A DNA stretch of 18,622 nucleotides from Gemmatimonadota bacterium (GTDB taxonomy: Bacteria > Gemmatimonadota > Gemmatimonadetes > Gemmatimonadales > Gemmatimonadaceae): positions 1-18,622 of the forward strand of contig JANMLN010000049.1 in NCBI GenBank assembly GCA_031372565.1, written 5' to 3'. Each line of letters begins with the position of its first letter. Position 1 is the stretch's first letter. Below the pieces are notes generated by a model, which made no database searches, had not been told where the DNA came from, and was given only the letters and a program-made list of their open reading frames with translations. The position numbers and the translations under genes are program-made. Below are positions 16,789-18,622 of the stretch, in pieces.

Positions 16789-18002
16789 ATGCGCACACCG
16801 ATTCGCCGTCACCGCTATCTCGTCACGGCGTCGACGGCCTTGGCGCTCGCGCTCGCCGCCACCGGCGCACGCGCGCAGGACCTCACGCCGCCCGAGGTGA
16901 AGCGGCTGCAGGAGGAGAAGCCGCGCTCGCGCCGGAGACGATCAAGGCCCGCAACCTCTGGCCCGCCGGCTTCCTGCCCCTGCCGCACCCGCACCACGAA
17001 GCGGGCGGCATGGTGTTTCCCCGCGTCCTCATCGCCGAGACGCGCCGGCAGGCCGGGCGCGACCTGACGCGGTTCGACCTCGACTTCGACCTCCCCGATC
17101 ACCTGCTACCCGAGTTCCCCGCGCCGCTCTACCTGACGACGCGCGCCGACCTTGGCGATGTCGCGCGCGGCCGTCTCGTGACGCGCGCCAACTACGACGC
17201 GCTGTTCCGGGACATCCTCAATCCCAAGCAACTCGACGGCCTGCGCCTGCTGGTCACCCCCTTCCCGCAGCAGCAGTTCAACAGCACGGGGGATCGCCGC
17301 AGCCTGCAGCCCCACCGGGGGGTGGCCTGCTTCGACTGCCATGCCAACGGGCACACCATTGCCGCCACCCATACGGCGGGCGACGTCCGGCCCAACGAAT
17401 ACCGGCACCGGATCGGCACCTCCACACTCCGCGGCGTGAACATCCAGCGCCTCTTCGGGTCCCAGCGGGCGCTCAAGTCGCTCGAAGACTTCACCGAGTT
17501 CGAGCAGCGCGCGGCGTACTTCGACGGCATTCCCGCCGACGCGACCCGCAAGGGCGCCAACGTCCTTGACCGCGGGAGCCAGGTGCAGGCCATGGCCGAG
17601 TTCCAGGCGGTGCTCGACTTCCCCCCCGCGCCCAAGCTCACCGTGTTCGGCCGGCTCGAGCCGGCCAAGGCCACCGAGAGCGAGCGACGCGGGCAGGCGC
17701 TGTTCTTCGGCAAGGGACAGTGCGCCACCTGCCACATGCCGCCGTACTACACCGACAACCTGATGCACAACCTGCGCGTGGAACGGTTCTTCAAGGACGT
17801 CACGATCAACGGCCGCCGGGCCTCGGCCGACGGCCCGATCAAGACCTTCCCGCTCCGCGGCATCAAGGACTCGCCCCCCTACCTGCACGACGACCGGCTG
17901 CTGACACTCGACGACACGGTGGAATTCTTCAACCTGGTCCTCGAGCTGAAGCTTTCGGCGCTCGAAAAGCGGCAGCTCGTGGCCTTCCTCCGGGTGCTGT
18001 AA
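16789..18002 (+). pseudogene. Exported di-heme c-type cytochrome (cytochrome c peroxidase/MauG-like), frameshifted near the 5' end
   Basis: GGAGG RBS and ATG 16789 encode a signal peptide (MRTPIRRHRYLVTASTALALALAATGARA-QD). The body, with CFDCH (17328) and CATCH (17721), GQALFFGKG and TFPLRGIKDSPPYLHD, is in another frame. Junction near 16920. Confidence 0.8.
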
Positions 18003-18157
18003 GCGATGTCCCCCGACGTCGAACTGGGCCAGCCGGACTCACCCTCTTGGGCGATAGTGCGCCGATCGGTCGGGGCACGATCATTCCGGGGTGCCGATGC
18101 CGCCGCCAAGGCGGCTCGGCTGAGCGACCTCCTGCATCGACGGACAACGGACGCCCA

Positions 18158-18622
18158 ATGATAGCCAAGCCGAGCATCTGGACGCCCGCGCCGACTCGCC
18201 CAAGTGGCGCGCACGCGGTCCGCGATCCGAAGCACGAGGCGTCGGTGCCCGACGTGCTGCTCGACAGTGCGAGGTACCCGAGCATCGCCATTGACGCGAG
18301 TGGCGTGATCCGGCTCCTGAACGCGGCCGCAGAGCGGATGCTGGGTTACACCGCCGCCGACCTGGTGCAGGCGCTCCCCCTCGTCGACATCTGCGACCCG
18401 GCCCAGTTGCAGGCGCGCGCCGAGGTGTTGAGTGCCGCCCTCGGCGCGCCGATTGCCGCGGGCCTCACGGCGCTGATCGCCAAGGCCTCGCGGGGCAGCG
18501 CCGACACGGCCGACCTCACCCTTCTCCGCAAGGATGGTCGCCGCGTGTCGTCGGTGGTGCGCATCACGGCGCAGCGCGACGCGCAGGACGCCATCATCGG
18601 CTACCTGTTGATCGGCACCGAC
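18158..18622 (+). CDS. PAS/PAC-domain sensor protein, N-terminal part (runs off the window; not in the ORF track)
   Basis: Hand translation: ...LLDSARYPSIAIDASGVIRLLNAAAERMLGYTAADLV...LLRKDGRRVSSVVRITAQRDAQDAIIGYLLIGTD, a PAS plus PAC motif open to the window end. The output domain is not visible. Confidence 0.88.
   Translation, partial: MIAKPSIWTPAPTRPSGAHAVRDPKHEASVPDVLLDSARYPSIAIDASGVIRLLNAAAERMLGYTAADLVQALPLVDICDPAQLQARAEVLSAALGAPIAAGLTALIAKASRGSADTADLTLLRKDGRRVSSVVRITAQRDAQDAIIGYLLIGTD

Noticed and set aside
18006..18161. 51-codon ORF MSPDVELGQ... between the cytochrome and PAS genes
   Set aside because: No RBS, atypical codon usage and no motif.
1..18622. CRISPR arrays, tRNA/rRNA genes, long tandem repeats, integrase or reverse transcriptase genes
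   Set aside because: None seen on reading the intergenic regions; no regularly spaced repeats or diagnostic motifs.

Overview
GC-rich, compositionally mosaic accessory region; the two Hanks-type kinases and gene style suggest Gemmatimonadota (inference). From left to right: (1) the left end of an IS3-family element inserted in a lower-GC amidase; (2) an Asp-box beta-propeller lipoprotein, a small membrane protein and a pRiA4b ORF-3 family gene; (3) an in-frame chimera joining an IS481-family left end and transposase N-terminus to the C-terminal part of a Doc toxin with a mutated motif; (4) a DUF2231-like membrane protein with an OmpR-type direct-repeat promoter; (5) two decayed fragments (Trm112-like; topoisomerase-type C4 zinc ribbon); (6) divergent Ser/Thr kinases (one multi-TM, one TM+TolB-like+TPR) plus a convergent orphan gene with a palindromic box near -43; (7) a + strand run of old-yellow-enzyme reductase, VIT1/CCC1 transporter, SERCA-like P-type ATPase, DUF4136 lipoprotein, a frameshifted di-heme cytochrome c and a PAS sensor running off the end. 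No rRNA, tRNA or CRISPR array was seen. Family calls come from motif recognition, not database searches.
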